Source: Blastocatellia bacterium (lineage in GTDB: Bacteria; Acidobacteriota; Blastocatellia; RBC074). From it: a DNA stretch of 64,000 bases. The notes below the pieces were generated by a model, which saw only the letters and a program-made list of their open reading frames with translations, did no database searches and was not told where the DNA came from. Where the stretch lies: NCBI GenBank assembly GCA_035275345.1, contig DATEMY010000594.1, forward strand, positions 7,084 to 71,083, written 5' to 3'. Numbering within the stretch: position 1 is the stretch's first letter; each line of letters begins with the position of its first letter. This document shows positions 8,807-19,036 of the stretch, piece by piece. Position numbers and translations under genes: made by a program.

Positions 8807-10241
8807 AATTTCTCCTGCGGCCAGCGGACGCGCCGCCGGCCTTCGGAAGGCCTCCGGTCTTCGATGGGGGTGATTTTGGCGTCATCTGTGAAGTGGGGAC
8901 GGCATATTCATGAGCGCCGATATCGAAACCTGTCCCCTGCGGCCTGATGCGACTGCTCCGATCATTCGACGCTTCAGGAATACTCGCCCCCGCGTCTATC
9001 GCGGGGCTGTCCGGAAGCAGCCGGAAATCGAACGCCGAAGGGTTTATAAATTTCGGATCAGTAGAGAGGAGATTGTTTATTGTCGTTATCCCCGCAGGGT
9101 TTACCTGGTCAATAATGCGACCGGACGTAGTCAGGTTGTTGCTTATTACCACATTAATGAACTTGGCGGAACCAACATCAATTGCGGCGCTGTTTGGCTG
9201 GTGAAAGATGTTATTAACTATCTTGACGTCTCTCAACTCGCCGCCGCCGCTCATGACGATGTGGCCTGTTTGATTGGGATTCGAGCCGGAAAAAGTGTTG
9301 TTAACAATGGTTGTCCGAGCCCTGGAATGTGGGTAGGCCTGAATCGCCCATCCGTGGTGATGATTGTAGAAGATATTGTTGCGAATCGTGACATCATTCC
9401 CCCTGGAATGGTAGACGCCATGATCATGATTCTGCCAGTATTTATTCGGAGGATTGCATCCGTCCTCTCCAGGCCCGAAACGTCCGATGTCGTGAATTGT
9501 GTTTCCTTCCACCAGCACGTTATCCTGAGAGATGTAAATTCCCACATTACCATTTGTGGTATTGACGCAAAATCTGCCTATGTGGTGAATATGATTGCCT
9601 GCGATCTGTATGTCATGACCTCCTTTGTATATTTCGAATCCGGCGGCGCTCCCGTCATTGCCCATGCCATAGACATCAAACCCTTCGAACCTGAGATAGT
9701 TGGCTGTTGGGGTCGCGAACCTGAAGCCGTTTTGCACCCTGTTGTTTTCGCCATCAATCTTAGCTCCCCAGGGGTTCCTGGACTTGAAAACTATCCATTT
9801 GCCGGGGGTTCCGCCTTTGGTGAGGCACACAACTGCTGTGATAGGGCTGCAGGATGGATGCGGGACGCCCATTGTATAAACACCGTCCTCCACGATAACT
9901 GTGTCCCCGGGATCGACTATGTCAGCGGCTCGTTGAATCGTCTTGAAAGGCAAGGCTTGGGTTCCGGGGTTGGAGTCGGAACCGCCGGGTGAAACGTAAT
10001 ATTTCATTCCAACCCCAAGCGGCGTGGGGAAGGAGACTGAAATGGCGAGTGTGGCTCCAGCAGTAGCGTCGCTATCGACCGGCGCTGTTTTATTATGGGA
10101 AGGCAAAGCTTCTCTTCCGTCTCCCGCCGTTCGATTAAGCGCTTGTATTTGAGCCAGGCACAGGATGGATAAGGCAATTAATGGAGTTATGCCGAAGGCC
10201 ACAATCACCATTCGACGGAACGTGGAAAAACGGATTTTCAT
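8751..10241 (-). CDS. Secreted right-handed parallel beta-helix protein (DUF1565/pectate-lyase fold)
   Basis: The N-terminus has a hydrophobic signal or anchor (MVIVAFGITPLIALSILCLAQ). The cap motif YYVSPGGSDSNPGTQALPFKTIQRAADIVDPGDTVIVEDGVY follows. Beta-helix rungs repeat along the protein (GNHIHHIG, GNTIHDIG, RNNIFYN, VNNTFSG, VNNIFHQ, SNNLT). Confidence 0.75.
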   Translation of the reverse strand: MKIRFSTFRRMVIVAFGITPLIALSILCLAQIQALNRTAGDGREALPSHNKTAPVDSDATAGATLAISVSFPTPLGVGMKYYVSPGGSDSNPGTQALPFKTIQRAADIVDPGDTVIVEDGVYTMGVPHPSCSPITAVVCLTKGGTPGKWIVFKSRNPWGAKIDGENNRVQNGFRFATPTANYLRFEGFDVYGMGNDGSAAGFEIYKGGHDIQIAGNHIHHIGRFCVNTTNGNVGIYISQDNVLVEGNTIHDIGRFGPGEDGCNPPNKYWQNHDHGVYHSRGNDVTIRNNIFYNHHHGWAIQAYPHSRARTTIVNNTFSGSNPNQTGHIVMSGGGELRDVKIVNNIFHQPNSAAIDVGSAKFINVVISNNLTTSGRIIDQVNPAGITTINNLLSTDPKFINPSAFDFRLLPDSPAIDAGASIPEASNDRSSRIRPQGTGFDIGAHEYAVPTSQMTPKSPPSKTGGLPKAGGASAGRRRNFGLPQARGSSVWRIANVR

Positions 10242-10242
10242 T

Positions 10243-11337
10243 TCAGAACCTCGAATTGCGGAGCACGCCGAGACCGAATGTTGTCAGGAGGGTCGCTCCG
10301 ACGGACTTGAACATGCTATTGGGGATAATGATCATATCGTTAGCCATGATTGCGATATCTTCCTTTTTGCCGTTCATTACATCAGCCACGTCAACCTTTA
10401 TTTCCATCCGTTTTTTAGTCATCATATCTTCACGGAAGATGATTGCGCGGGCAGACGCCGCTTTGAATGTCAAGCCCTGCGCGAGTGATATCGCCTGCCG
10501 GAGCGTCGTGCCTTCTCTGAAAGGGAAATGTCCCGGAGCTTTCACCTCGCCGGCGACGAAAAATACGTCCGCGGGGGGGATATTGACGATGCTTCCAGGC
10601 TCGATATACATGTTCTTGTCGAAGTCGCCTCTGAAGAGTCCGTTTATACTCACTCTTACCAGCTCATATCTCTCATCTTCGCTAATCTCCGAAACAGGGC
10701 TTGTGGATTGATCAGTTGAGGTCGCGGCGGAGCCCAGTGTTTGCAATGTTGGAGGGGAATCGCTCGCCGAGCGATGAATCTCTCGGATAATGAATGCGGT
10801 TGTACCGTGGTTCACGCTCAATCCGCCTGCCACAGTAATCAGTTTCACCAATGAAGGCCTACCCTCCATTTGGTATGGGCCAGGGCGATTTACAGATCCT
10901 TGAATAAAGAATACATGGCTGTTGAGCTGGGTGAGGGTAACTGTAACGCGAGGATTCTTCAGGTAACGCCCGCGCAAACCGTCCCCAATCAATTGTGACA
11001 GTTCTTCCGTAGTCTTCTGATTTACAGTGACCCGACCCAGATAACCCATGGTGATGGAGCCGGAAGCCGATACTCTAAACGTACCAGAAAGCTCGGGCGC
11101 GCGATCGATATGAATTTCGATAACGTCGCCGGGGCTGATTTTATAATCCTCTTTGACTTCAGCTACGGCGCGGGTCACCCCCAGCTCTTCTAGCGGCCGA
11201 TCCGTCGTCATTTTTTGTGATTTTCCCTGCGCCTGGCAATCCATCCGGCTTCCCAACACCGGACAGAGGGCCAAAAAGCAGAGCAGGCTGATCGATTTAA
11301 TAACCAACTGTTGTGATTTGCCAAATTTGATTCTCAT
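10243..11337 (-). CDS. Polysaccharide export outer-membrane protein (Wza-like; Poly_export plus SLBB domains)
   Basis: The protein has a signal peptide. It carries the Poly_export signature YKISPGDVIEIHIDRAPELSGTFRVSASGSITMGYLGRVTVNQKTTEELSQLIGDGLRGRYLKNPRVTVTL, followed by SLBB-like repeats (FFIQGSVNRPGPY, FFVAGEVKAPGHF). It is the first gene of the minus-strand EPS operon. Confidence 0.85.
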   Translation of the reverse strand: MRIKFGKSQQLVIKSISLLCFLALCPVLGSRMDCQAQGKSQKMTTDRPLEELGVTRAVAEVKEDYKISPGDVIEIHIDRAPELSGTFRVSASGSITMGYLGRVTVNQKTTEELSQLIGDGLRGRYLKNPRVTVTLTQLNSHVFFIQGSVNRPGPYQMEGRPSLVKLITVAGGLSVNHGTTAFIIREIHRSASDSPPTLQTLGSAATSTDQSTSPVSEISEDERYELVRVSINGLFRGDFDKNMYIEPGSIVNIPPADVFFVAGEVKAPGHFPFREGTTLRQAISLAQGLTFKAASARAIIFREDMMTKKRMEIKVDVADVMNGKKEDIAIMANDMIIIPNSMFKSVGATLLTTFGLGVLRNSRF

Positions 11338-11363
11338 TCAGCGCTCTCTATGGTGATTTCGTC

Positions 11364-11410
11364 GTGTTAAACCAGGGCTCTTTATCAGCAGATTGACCTG
11401 GTTTAAACAC
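11364..11410. promoter_or_regulatory. Inverted repeat GTGTTAAACCAGG(N20)CCTGGTTTAAACAC in the leader of EPS locus 1
   Basis: The arms are 13/14 nt with one extra A in the right arm. The repeat lies 27-73 nt upstream of the Wza-like start at 11337. A third GTTAAAC word occurs near 11549. Confidence 0.3.
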
Positions 11411-12563
11411 ACCCGTCCCGATAACTGTGAAACCGTGAAGGAAACCTCATGCCGAGGCAGCTTGATAGTTGTTTTTCAATAACGTCGAATTTAAGCCCTG
11501 GGACCGCTACAACCGCAAAATCATTCTCTACCCAAGCCGGGCAGCCTGGGTTAAACGGGTTACTTTCAAATGCTTATTGCCCCTCAAAGATAGGTTCCAG
11601 GGACAATACGACGCAGCAGCATTAGATTACCGAATAACTCTACTTAGTTGATATGCTGCAGCGTAATGCCGCAAGGCTGATCTGCTTCGGGTCGAAATAC
11701 TCATTCCGAGTCTGCGCATTGGACGTCGTCATTGGCAAGCGCCATTTGTCGGAGCAGATGCCAGAGAACGAAGACCGATTACACACTCCGAGTCAGTACC
11801 GTAATCGGAAGACCAAAGCGCTATGAGTACGCTTTGAAGATCAGCCTGAGCGACGCGATATTGTTTTTCTTGGACTGCAGAGGTAAGGAAAAGGTCCGTC
11901 GGGAGGAGGGGTTCCAATCCTGTGCATATGACTAATAACCTTCATCTGTTTATTGGTCTATCTTTCTCTTGAACTTTCTCTTGAAGTATTCAATGGGGAA
12001 GGCTTTTTTTTAACATCCTGCGCAATGATAAGGCCCTGTGTAACAACAGAATCAAGGCTAATGGGTATATAGCATACGGCCAATTGGGCGTCAATAATAA
12101 TAATAATGTCCTTTGTTGGAGTGGCGCGATTAAAAGCGGAAGGATGAATGGAAGCAGAAATCGCGGAAGGCGTCATCAGATTTCCATATTTGAGAGAACA
12201 GCGCTAACGCAATGCGCATTGTACGTGAATTGACAGTCTGCAACAACTGATGTATAAGCTTACGCCATCTGAGTTAAAATCGTCAATTATAAGACTTCAA
12301 GTAACAAAGGAATTCGATTTTCAAGTGGATGGGGTTGCCCTTCCCGCTTGGAAGGCGGCGCGCTATCCTCGGTCCGGCGACGTCGTCGGGTTAGGTTCAG
12401 GCGTTGCGGGAGAAGAAGGATTCAGGGCTTCAGACTAGGCGTCACTTTGCCGGCCGGGCAGTGATGTTCACCAACCTAACGAAAGGTAAGACGCGAAGCG
12501 TCATTACGGCATTTACTCGCGTATTCCCGCGTCTTCCTTGCGGATCACCTTCAAGGAGGAAGT

Positions 12564-15500
12564 ATGAAAACCACTCGTTTCCTGATCCTCAGTCTCTTTA
12601 TTCTCACGTTTTCCACCGACTGCTTTGGGCAGACAGCTTCGACGGCCAGTATTGTGGGAGAGGTTACAGACGCCAACGGCGCAGTGGTCGCCAAGGCCGC
12701 GGTAAAACTGGTGGATAAAGCCACCGGGGCCGAGAAGACAACCGCTACCGACAGCGCCGGGCGATATGTCTTTGCGGCGGTTGAACCCGGGAGCTACGAT
12801 TTGACAGTCACGGCGCAGGGCTTCCGCACCGCTGTTACCACCGGAGTCAAAGCGGAAGTGACCAAAGTGGCGACCATCGATGTGTCGTTGCAGATCGGCG
12901 GGGCCGCCGAGCAGGTGACAGTGACGGCGGTTGGAGAGGCGCAGTTGCAGACTGCGGATTCCGCCGTCGGCAACGTCATTGACGCTGACCGGATCAAGCG
13001 CCTGCCGACGGCCAATCGGCAGGCGACCGATCTTTTGCGGCTGCAACCGCTCGTCGCGCCGGGCGGCGAGGTCTCCGGTTCGCGCGCCGATCAGAATACT
13101 TACACGCTCGACGGCATTGACGTGACTGACCAAGTCGGATTTCGCGGCGCGTTTTTTACCGTCGTGCCGACGCCGACCGAATCGGTGGAGGAGTTCCGGT
13201 CGACGGTGGCCAATCCGAATGCGACCTTCGGCCGTTCCGCCGGCGCGCAGACGACGCTGGTGACCAAGCGCGGCAGGAACAGTTTATTCGGCTCGGTTTA
13301 CGAGTATCACCAGAATGACAACCTCAACGCCAATTCGTGGACGAACAACCAGCGGGGGGTGGCCAAACCGCCGCTGATTGAAAATCGCTTCGGCTTTTCG
13401 CTCGGCGGCCCCATCTGGAAGGACAAGGTCTTCTTCTTCGGCAACTACGAAGGTCGCCGGGTACCCGGCTCGACGACCGTCACGCGCGTCGTGCCGACGC
13501 AGAGCTTTCGCGACGGCCAACTCCGGTTTAGGGACAGCGCGGGCAATGTCGTGACGATTGACCCGAAGACCTTCGATTCGCGCGGCCTCGGCGCGAATCC
13601 GGCGATCCTTGCTTATCTCAAAAAGCTGCCGCTGCCGAACGCGTCTGGCTTCGGCGACGGGCTGAACACGGGCGGCTTTTCCGCCAATATCCCGACCACC
13701 ACCCGCGAGGATTACGGCGTGCTGCGGCTCGATTACCAGGTCAACGAGAACTGGTCGTTCGAAGCCAAGGGAGCGTTGTTCCGCAGCATTCAGTCCGGCG
13801 CCAATCAAGTCAACCTGCTCGACCTCGCGGCCGGCGCCGACACCACGCAGCGACCGAAGAATCTGACCTTCGGGCTGACCGGGACCATCGGCTCCAACTT
13901 CGTCAACGAGGCGCGTATCGGGCACTCCTTCGATGATTTCGTTTTGAAGGTCATCACGCCGACCGGCGCGCCCTCCGGTTTCAACATCGCGGTCAACCTG
14001 GCGCAAACACCGTCGGATAACAACCCGGCGCTCGCGCTGCTCGACGAGGCGATCGATGTGGACACGCAGCGGGCGCGGGAACAGTCGCTGGGCGGCGGCA
14101 CCTGGCAGTTCATTGACAACGCCACCTGGACGAAGGGCGCGCATACCGTGCAGTTCGGCGGCAATATGCGCCGCATCTCGACCTTCCACTTCCGCAACGA
14201 CAAGGTGATCGGCTCGGTGGCCTTTCCGGTGGCCGACATCGGCACAGCCGGAAACACGCCCGTTGCGGCGACTGAACGTCCGCAAACGTGCAACCTCACC
14301 GCCACGCCCGCCATTACGACCAACTGTCTCCAGGCGAGTGACGTGAACCGCTACAACCAATATTACAAATCGTTGCTCGGCATCGTGGACAACGTCAGTT
14401 ATCTGGCCGTGCGCGACGCCGACCTGAAACCGACGCCGATCGGCACGGGGCTGATCAATAACGCCGTGCTGCGCCACTGGGAGTTCTACGCCGGCGACAT
14501 TTGGAAGCTGAGGCCGAATCTGACCGTCAGCTACGGTTTACGCTATCAGTGGCACACGCCGCCGATAGATGAGCTGGACCGCCAGACGCTGCTGGCTTAC
14601 AAAGACACCGGGCAATTGATTGACCCGCAGGATTACCTGAAGCAAAAGGCTGCGGCGGCGGCCAATGGAGACATCTTCAATCCAGACATCTCCTACCTCC
14701 CGATCAAAAATGCGCCGCAGGATGGAGTCTTCCGGATTAACCGCAAAGACTTCTCGCCACGCGCTTCGGTGGCCTGGGAACCACGGTTCAAGGGCGGCCC
14801 ATTCGGCTTCCTCTTCGGCGAAAACAAGTCGGCGTTGCGTGGCGGCTACTCGCTGATCTACGACCGCGTCAACACCATCTCCAGCGTTGTCGTGCCGATG
14901 CTCGGCGTCGGTTTCGCGCAGACGCTCAGTGTCATCAGGCCGCTTAACAGCGCCGGGCTGCCTTTCCGCGCCGGAGTTGACGGCGCCATTCCCGTGCCGG
15001 TGAACACGGCGGTCACTGCGCCCGTCGTCCCGGCCAAACCCTTCGGCGAGACGCTCTCGTTCACCATGGATCCGGGCATCGAAGACCCTTATAACCACGC
15101 CGTCAATTTCAGCATTCAGCGCGAACTGCCGGGCCGCATGCTTCTCGAAGTCAGTTATGTGGGGCGGTTTGCGCGCAACCTCTACCAGAACGTCAACCTC
15201 AATTCCGCGCCGATCTTTTTCAAGGACAAGGCTTCGGGCCAGACTTTCGCCCAGGCCTTCGACGCCGTCGCGGCGCAATTGCGTGGCGGGGTAAAACCGG
15301 AGGCCGTGACGTCGCAGCCCTGGTTCCAGAATCAACTCGGCGCGGCGCTGGGACCCACTGCCACGCAGGTGCTGGCCGCGCAGCAGACCGCCGGCTTCAC
15401 CGGCGGCAATATCAACAATCTCTGGAACACGTTCATTGACTTCGTTGCGCCTCGGTCATTCAACAACCAGCAATCGCTCGATCTGTTCGTGCGGACGAGT

Positions 15501-16316
15501 CTGGGCCGGTCGAATTACAACGCGATGGCCATCACGCTGCACCAGCGGCTGGCGCGGGGCCTGACCTTCGACGTCAACTACACGCTCGGCAAATCGCTCG
15601 ACCAGATCGGTCTGATCCAGAACAACGTCGGCCAGTTTTCTTCAAGCTTTGACGGCGACATTGATTACGGCCCTTCGGATTTCGACTTCCGCCACATCTT
15701 CAACGCCAACGGCGTCTACGACCTGCCCTTCGGCAAAGGACGCTTCAGCGCGGGGAAATATCTGAACAAGGTGATCGGCGGCTGGCACGTGTCGGGCATT
15801 TATCAGGCCTTCAGCGGCGCGCCGCTGACCGTGGTGCAGGGCACGCAGGTCTACGGCGCGGGTCTGATCTTCGGCGCCTCGACCGGCGCGATCCCGACCG
15901 GCAGGCTCGACATCGACAATAGCGTCAAGAGCGGTGTGAGCGGTTCGGGTGGCGTCGGCGCGAGCGGCAATCCGGCCACCAAAGGCACGGGGCTGAACCT
16001 CTTCTCCGACCCGGAGAAGGTTTCAAAGAGCTTCCGCTCGATTCAACTGGCGGCAGACGGCCGGCAGGGGCGTGGCGCGCTGCGCGGCCCGTCGCGCTGG
16101 CAGTTCGATCTGTCGGTAGGCAAGACGACGACGATTTACGAACGGATCAAATTCGGATTGCAGTTCGATTTCTTCAATGTCTTCAACAAGGTCAATTTTG
16201 CCGACCCGACGCTCGACCTGCGCAACCCCGCCACCTTCGGCGTGATCACCACCCAGTTGATCGCCTCTGGGTTACGGCCGAGAGCTATTCAGATAGGCGC
16301 GCGACTGGAATTCTGA
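12564..16316 (+). CDS. TonB-dependent receptor with N-terminal CarboxypepD_reg-like domain
   Basis: A strong RBS (AAGGAGG) precedes the ATG, and the protein has a signal peptide. The CarboxypepD_reg signature is IVGEVTDANGAVVAKAAVKLVDKATGAEKTTATDSAGRYVFAAVEPGSYDLTVTAQGF. Plug motifs (LPTANRQATDLL, YTLDGIDVTD) follow, then a long beta-barrel ending IGARLEF. Confidence 0.9.
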   Translation: MKTTRFLILSLFILTFSTDCFGQTASTASIVGEVTDANGAVVAKAAVKLVDKATGAEKTTATDSAGRYVFAAVEPGSYDLTVTAQGFRTAVTTGVKAEVTKVATIDVSLQIGGAAEQVTVTAVGEAQLQTADSAVGNVIDADRIKRLPTANRQATDLLRLQPLVAPGGEVSGSRADQNTYTLDGIDVTDQVGFRGAFFTVVPTPTESVEEFRSTVANPNATFGRSAGAQTTLVTKRGRNSLFGSVYEYHQNDNLNANSWTNNQRGVAKPPLIENRFGFSLGGPIWKDKVFFFGNYEGRRVPGSTTVTRVVPTQSFRDGQLRFRDSAGNVVTIDPKTFDSRGLGANPAILAYLKKLPLPNASGFGDGLNTGGFSANIPTTTREDYGVLRLDYQVNENWSFEAKGALFRSIQSGANQVNLLDLAAGADTTQRPKNLTFGLTGTIGSNFVNEARIGHSFDDFVLKVITPTGAPSGFNIAVNLAQTPSDNNPALALLDEAIDVDTQRAREQSLGGGTWQFIDNATWTKGAHTVQFGGNMRRISTFHFRNDKVIGSVAFPVADIGTAGNTPVAATERPQTCNLTATPAITTNCLQASDVNRYNQYYKSLLGIVDNVSYLAVRDADLKPTPIGTGLINNAVLRHWEFYAGDIWKLRPNLTVSYGLRYQWHTPPIDELDRQTLLAYKDTGQLIDPQDYLKQKAAAAANGDIFNPDISYLPIKNAPQDGVFRINRKDFSPRASVAWEPRFKGGPFGFLFGENKSALRGGYSLIYDRVNTISSVVVPMLGVGFAQTLSVIRPLNSAGLPFRAGVDGAIPVPVNTAVTAPVVPAKPFGETLSFTMDPGIEDPYNHAVNFSIQRELPGRMLLEVSYVGRFARNLYQNVNLNSAPIFFKDKASGQTFAQAFDAVAAQLRGGVKPEAVTSQPWFQNQLGAALGPTATQVLAAQQTAGFTGGNINNLWNTFIDFVAPRSFNNQQSLDLFVRTSLGRSNYNAMAITLHQRLARGLTFDVNYTLGKSLDQIGLIQNNVGQFSSSFDGDIDYGPSDFDFRHIFNANGVYDLPFGKGRFSAGKYLNKVIGGWHVSGIYQAFSGAPLTVVQGTQVYGAGLIFGASTGAIPTGRLDIDNSVKSGVSGSGGVGASGNPATKGTGLNLFSDPEKVSKSFRSIQLAADGRQGRGALRGPSRWQFDLSVGKTTTIYERIKFGLQFDFFNVFNKVNFADPTLDLRNPATFGVITTQLIASGLRPRAIQIGARLEF

Positions 16317-16367
16317 ATCAAGCCAGGCGTCATTCAGGCAAAGACAAAAGGCGAATATCAAAATAAA

Positions 16368-16406
16368 GAGTTCGTGGCGCGGTTTTTTTACATGCGCCAC
16401 GAACTC
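16368..16406. terminator. Stem-loop between convergent genes (probable bidirectional terminator)
   Basis: GAGTTCGTGGCGC (16368-16380) pairs perfectly with GCGCCACGAACTC (16394-16406). The loop contains a T7 run. The hairpin lies 52 nt after the receptor stop codon. Confidence 0.55.
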
Positions 16407-16584
16407 TCAGGAAACCGGCTTGCCCGAATTATTACAACGGCCCCGGCGCCAAGGCGGCTTCATCCTCAAGATTGACTTCCTCCAAAATTAGTTGCTACGA
16501 CGATCGTCTTCCAATGACCATCAACGCGAAAATCCGGCAAAGGTTACGCGCGGCTTCCAGGATTTCCGCCAAAAACCATTTACT

Positions 16585-17340
16585 TCAGCGACCGTAAACG
16601 GAAACATGTTTGTCACTGGCGGAGTTGAATGGCTCTCGGTTCCAGCCGCCCCAACGGTCTTTCAGACGCAACCCGGCGATGCGGGCCATAAGATCGAGCT
16701 CGCTGGGCCAGGCGTACCGCTGGACCACCGGGTTCAGGCGAACTCCTGCGGGGGATAGAGACACGTGGCTCTCCTCGATCATCTGCGTCGCCATGTCGTG
16801 GCGAAGCACATCAAGACGGACTTCATCGACCCGGATTGTTTCGGCGTCCACGTATTGGTTGTTGCGTAACCGGTAAAGAAAGGAAGGCACATAGGCTTCC
16901 ACCACAAAGGATCCTTCGTCGATGAGATGGTTGGCGACATTCTGGAAGCATCGCACCTGGTCGTCCTGGGTCAGGAGGTTGAATAGTGAATTCCACACGA
17001 CGAAGATCAATCGATAGGCGTCCGGCGCGTGTACATCGGCGAAGTCTCCGACCGTAACCGAGATCTCGGCGCCACCCGGCTTCGCTCGCAATTGGGCAAT
17101 CATCGCAGGTGAGATATCGATTCCGTCGACGCGGATTCCCCGTGCGGCGAGCGGCAACGCGATCCGGCCGGCGCCGATGGCGAGCTCCAACGCGGGACCA
17201 TGACCCGCCAGCCGCTCCAGGAACGTGACGGCCTCAATCTCGTCGCCGCGTTGGACGTCACGGTAGGTCTCGGCGACGTCCTCGCCAAAGCTCATGCTCG
17301 GCTCATAACCCTTCATAATTCGACATCGATTTCTCCGCAT
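16585..17340 (-). CDS. Class I SAM-dependent methyltransferase
   Basis: Motif I is ALELAIGAGRIALPLAARGIRVDGIDISPAMI, with downstream motifs LIFVVWNSLFNL. The true start may be an internal Met (MKGYEPSM or MSFGEDV). Confidence 0.8.
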   Translation of the reverse strand: MRRNRCRIMKGYEPSMSFGEDVAETYRDVQRGDEIEAVTFLERLAGHGPALELAIGAGRIALPLAARGIRVDGIDISPAMIAQLRAKPGGAEISVTVGDFADVHAPDAYRLIFVVWNSLFNLLTQDDQVRCFQNVANHLIDEGSFVVEAYVPSFLYRLRNNQYVDAETIRVDEVRLDVLRHDMATQMIEESHVSLSPAGVRLNPVVQRYAWPSELDLMARIAGLRLKDRWGGWNREPFNSASDKHVSVYGR

Positions 17341-17382
17341 CGCCCGATGTGAACGGCGAAATCGTTGTAGCGCAGTTTCAGC

Positions 17383-18762
17383 TTACTTGCTGCTTGACTT
17401 GTCGGCGATGGCAATCAAATGACCTTGCGTGCGGAAGAAGAGGGTTCCTTCAGAGATAGCGGGTGTGGCCATACAGATCTCTCCCATGCTGTTCTTGGCC
17501 AGCGCCTCGAATTTGGGGCCTGCCTTGACCACATAAATGTCTCCGTCTTCACTTGAGAAGTAGAGCTTGCCGGCGGCCGCCACGGGCGATGCCGTGAAGC
17601 CGGTCGTACCCTCGCCAAGCCGCTCCTGGTAGACGCGGGCGCCTGTTTTGGCCTCGAAACAATTGAGGACGCCGTTGTTTTTACTGCTGTATAAATAATC
17701 GCCGTAAACCAATGGCGTGATCATGTAGGCGCCATCGCGCGGTACGCTCCAAGCCACATATTTGTTCGAGGTAGCGTCTTCCTTCAGAGAGATATCGCCG
17801 GTGGCGTCAAGGCGGATCGCGTAGATGGGCGCCAGGCGGCCATGAGCGTTGGTGATGAACACCAGGTCATGCGCCACGATCGGAGTCGGAACCGGAATGT
17901 CTCCGCCGCCCTGGAGGCGCCAGATCTCTTTTCCGGTCGAAGCGTCATATCCACCGGTATGTTTATATCCGTTGATGAGAAGAAGAGTCCGATCCCCTGA
18001 CCGATAGACGGTCGGGCTGCTCCAGGTGGGAACATCCTGCCGCGGCGTGCGCCAAATCTCGCTCCCATCTTTGATGCTGAAGGCGGCGACAAAGGAATCT
18101 TTCTGTATATCGCATTGCAGAAAGACCTTGTCTTCGAAAATGATGGGGGAACTTCCGAATTCCCACTGGGCGGAAGGGACCATGTAGAATCCGGAGTCCA
18201 GCACGCCGAGGTCCTTCTTCCAGAGCAGCTTTCCATTCAGGTCATAACAGTAGAGTCCCTCGGACCCGAACATGACCACCAGGCGCTGTCCGTCGGTCGC
18301 CGGAGTGGAGTTGGCATGGGTAGCCTTTGTGTGGCGCTTGATTTTTGGAACCCCGGTATAGGCGACCTGCTCCCAGAGGATCTTGCCCGTTTGCTTATCC
18401 AGGCAGTAAACCATCCACTTATGAGGAGTATCATCCTCGACTGAAGCAATGTCGCCGTACAGACCCACTCTGAGCTTGGCGTCTTTCTGCCCGCTGATGG
18501 CGCTTGTGATGAAGACCTGATTTCCCCAAATGACCGGGCTGGAATGGCCGAGGCCAGGTATTGGCGTCTTCCATTTTACGTTTTCGCCGGCAGGCGCATT
18601 CCATTTGGTCGGAGTGACGAATCCTTCGGCGACGCCGCTGGCGTTTGGGCCACGAAACGTGGGCCAATGAATCTCTGGCGCGGGGGCGTTACCTGGTGAG
18701 GCGGAAAGAAGCGTACCTAACAACAGAAGTATAGCTGGGAATCGGAGAGCGCTATGGTTCAT
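17383..18762 (-). CDS. Secreted PQQ-like/BamB-like beta-propeller repeat protein
   Basis: The protein has a signal peptide ([17 protein letters not shown]). Propeller blades repeat along it ([61 protein letters not shown]). Confidence 0.8.
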   Translation of the reverse strand: MNHSALRFPAILLLLGTLLSASPGNAPAPEIHWPTFRGPNASGVAEGFVTPTKWNAPAGENVKWKTPIPGLGHSSPVIWGNQVFITSAISGQKDAKLRVGLYGDIASVEDDTPHKWMVYCLDKQTGKILWEQVAYTGVPKIKRHTKATHANSTPATDGQRLVVMFGSEGLYCYDLNGKLLWKKDLGVLDSGFYMVPSAQWEFGSSPIIFEDKVFLQCDIQKDSFVAAFSIKDGSEIWRTPRQDVPTWSSPTVYRSGDRTLLLINGYKHTGGYDASTGKEIWRLQGGGDIPVPTPIVAHDLVFITNAHGRLAPIYAIRLDATGDISLKEDATSNKYVAWSVPRDGAYMITPLVYGDYLYSSKNNGVLNCFEAKTGARVYQERLGEGTTGFTASPVAAAGKLYFSSEDGDIYVVKAGPKFEALAKNSMGEICMATPAISEGTLFFRTQGHLIAIADKSSSK

Positions 18763-18961
18763 GTATAGTGTTCCTCTTACTTAAGTCGAAATTTGGATGA
18801 CGCTGGGTTGCGGAGGCTATTCTGCCACGTGTAGCTATGCCTCACAAGACAGCCGGCGTCGCCGGGGACTGAGCAGAGCGCGGTTCCCAATATCGGGATG
18901 GCCGATTCACCTGGTTCCCGATCTGAACTGGCTTATCGATGAGTAGGAGCGCGAACCATTC

Positions 18962-18993
18962 GGGAGCCCAATCGGACATTCGATTGGGCTCCC
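18962..18993. terminator. 13-bp perfect stem-loop downstream of the formyltransferase-like gene
   Basis: GGGAGCCCAATCG (18962-18974) pairs with CGATTGGGCTCCC (18981-18993) around a 6-nt loop. It lies 44 nt beyond the minus-strand stop at 19037. There is no clear U-tract. Confidence 0.4.
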
Positions 18994-19036
18994 GCTTTCA
19001 ACGTTAAGCAACACCTCGAAGTCGTCTCTTGAATGA

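Noticed and set aside
12300-12563. Possible cobalamin or other riboswitch in the GC-rich leader of the TonB-dependent receptor.
   Set aside because: I could not find a B12-box or any other riboswitch core consensus by eye; only generic self-complementarity is present. It would need an Infernal/Rfam scan, so I do not call it.
13284-14477. Long antisense or embedded ORFs in GC-rich genes. Examples: 13284-14477(-) 397 aa, 14538-15335(-), 8910-9992(+) 360 aa, 45835-46584(-), 48860-49942(-) 360 aa, 54431-55129(-), 57934-58761(+), 22603-23103(-).
   Set aside because: Each lies entirely within a stronger ORF on the other strand or frame that has clear family motifs. Their translations are Arg/Ala/Pro/Gly-rich with no recognisable domains, which is typical of shadow ORFs in high-GC DNA.
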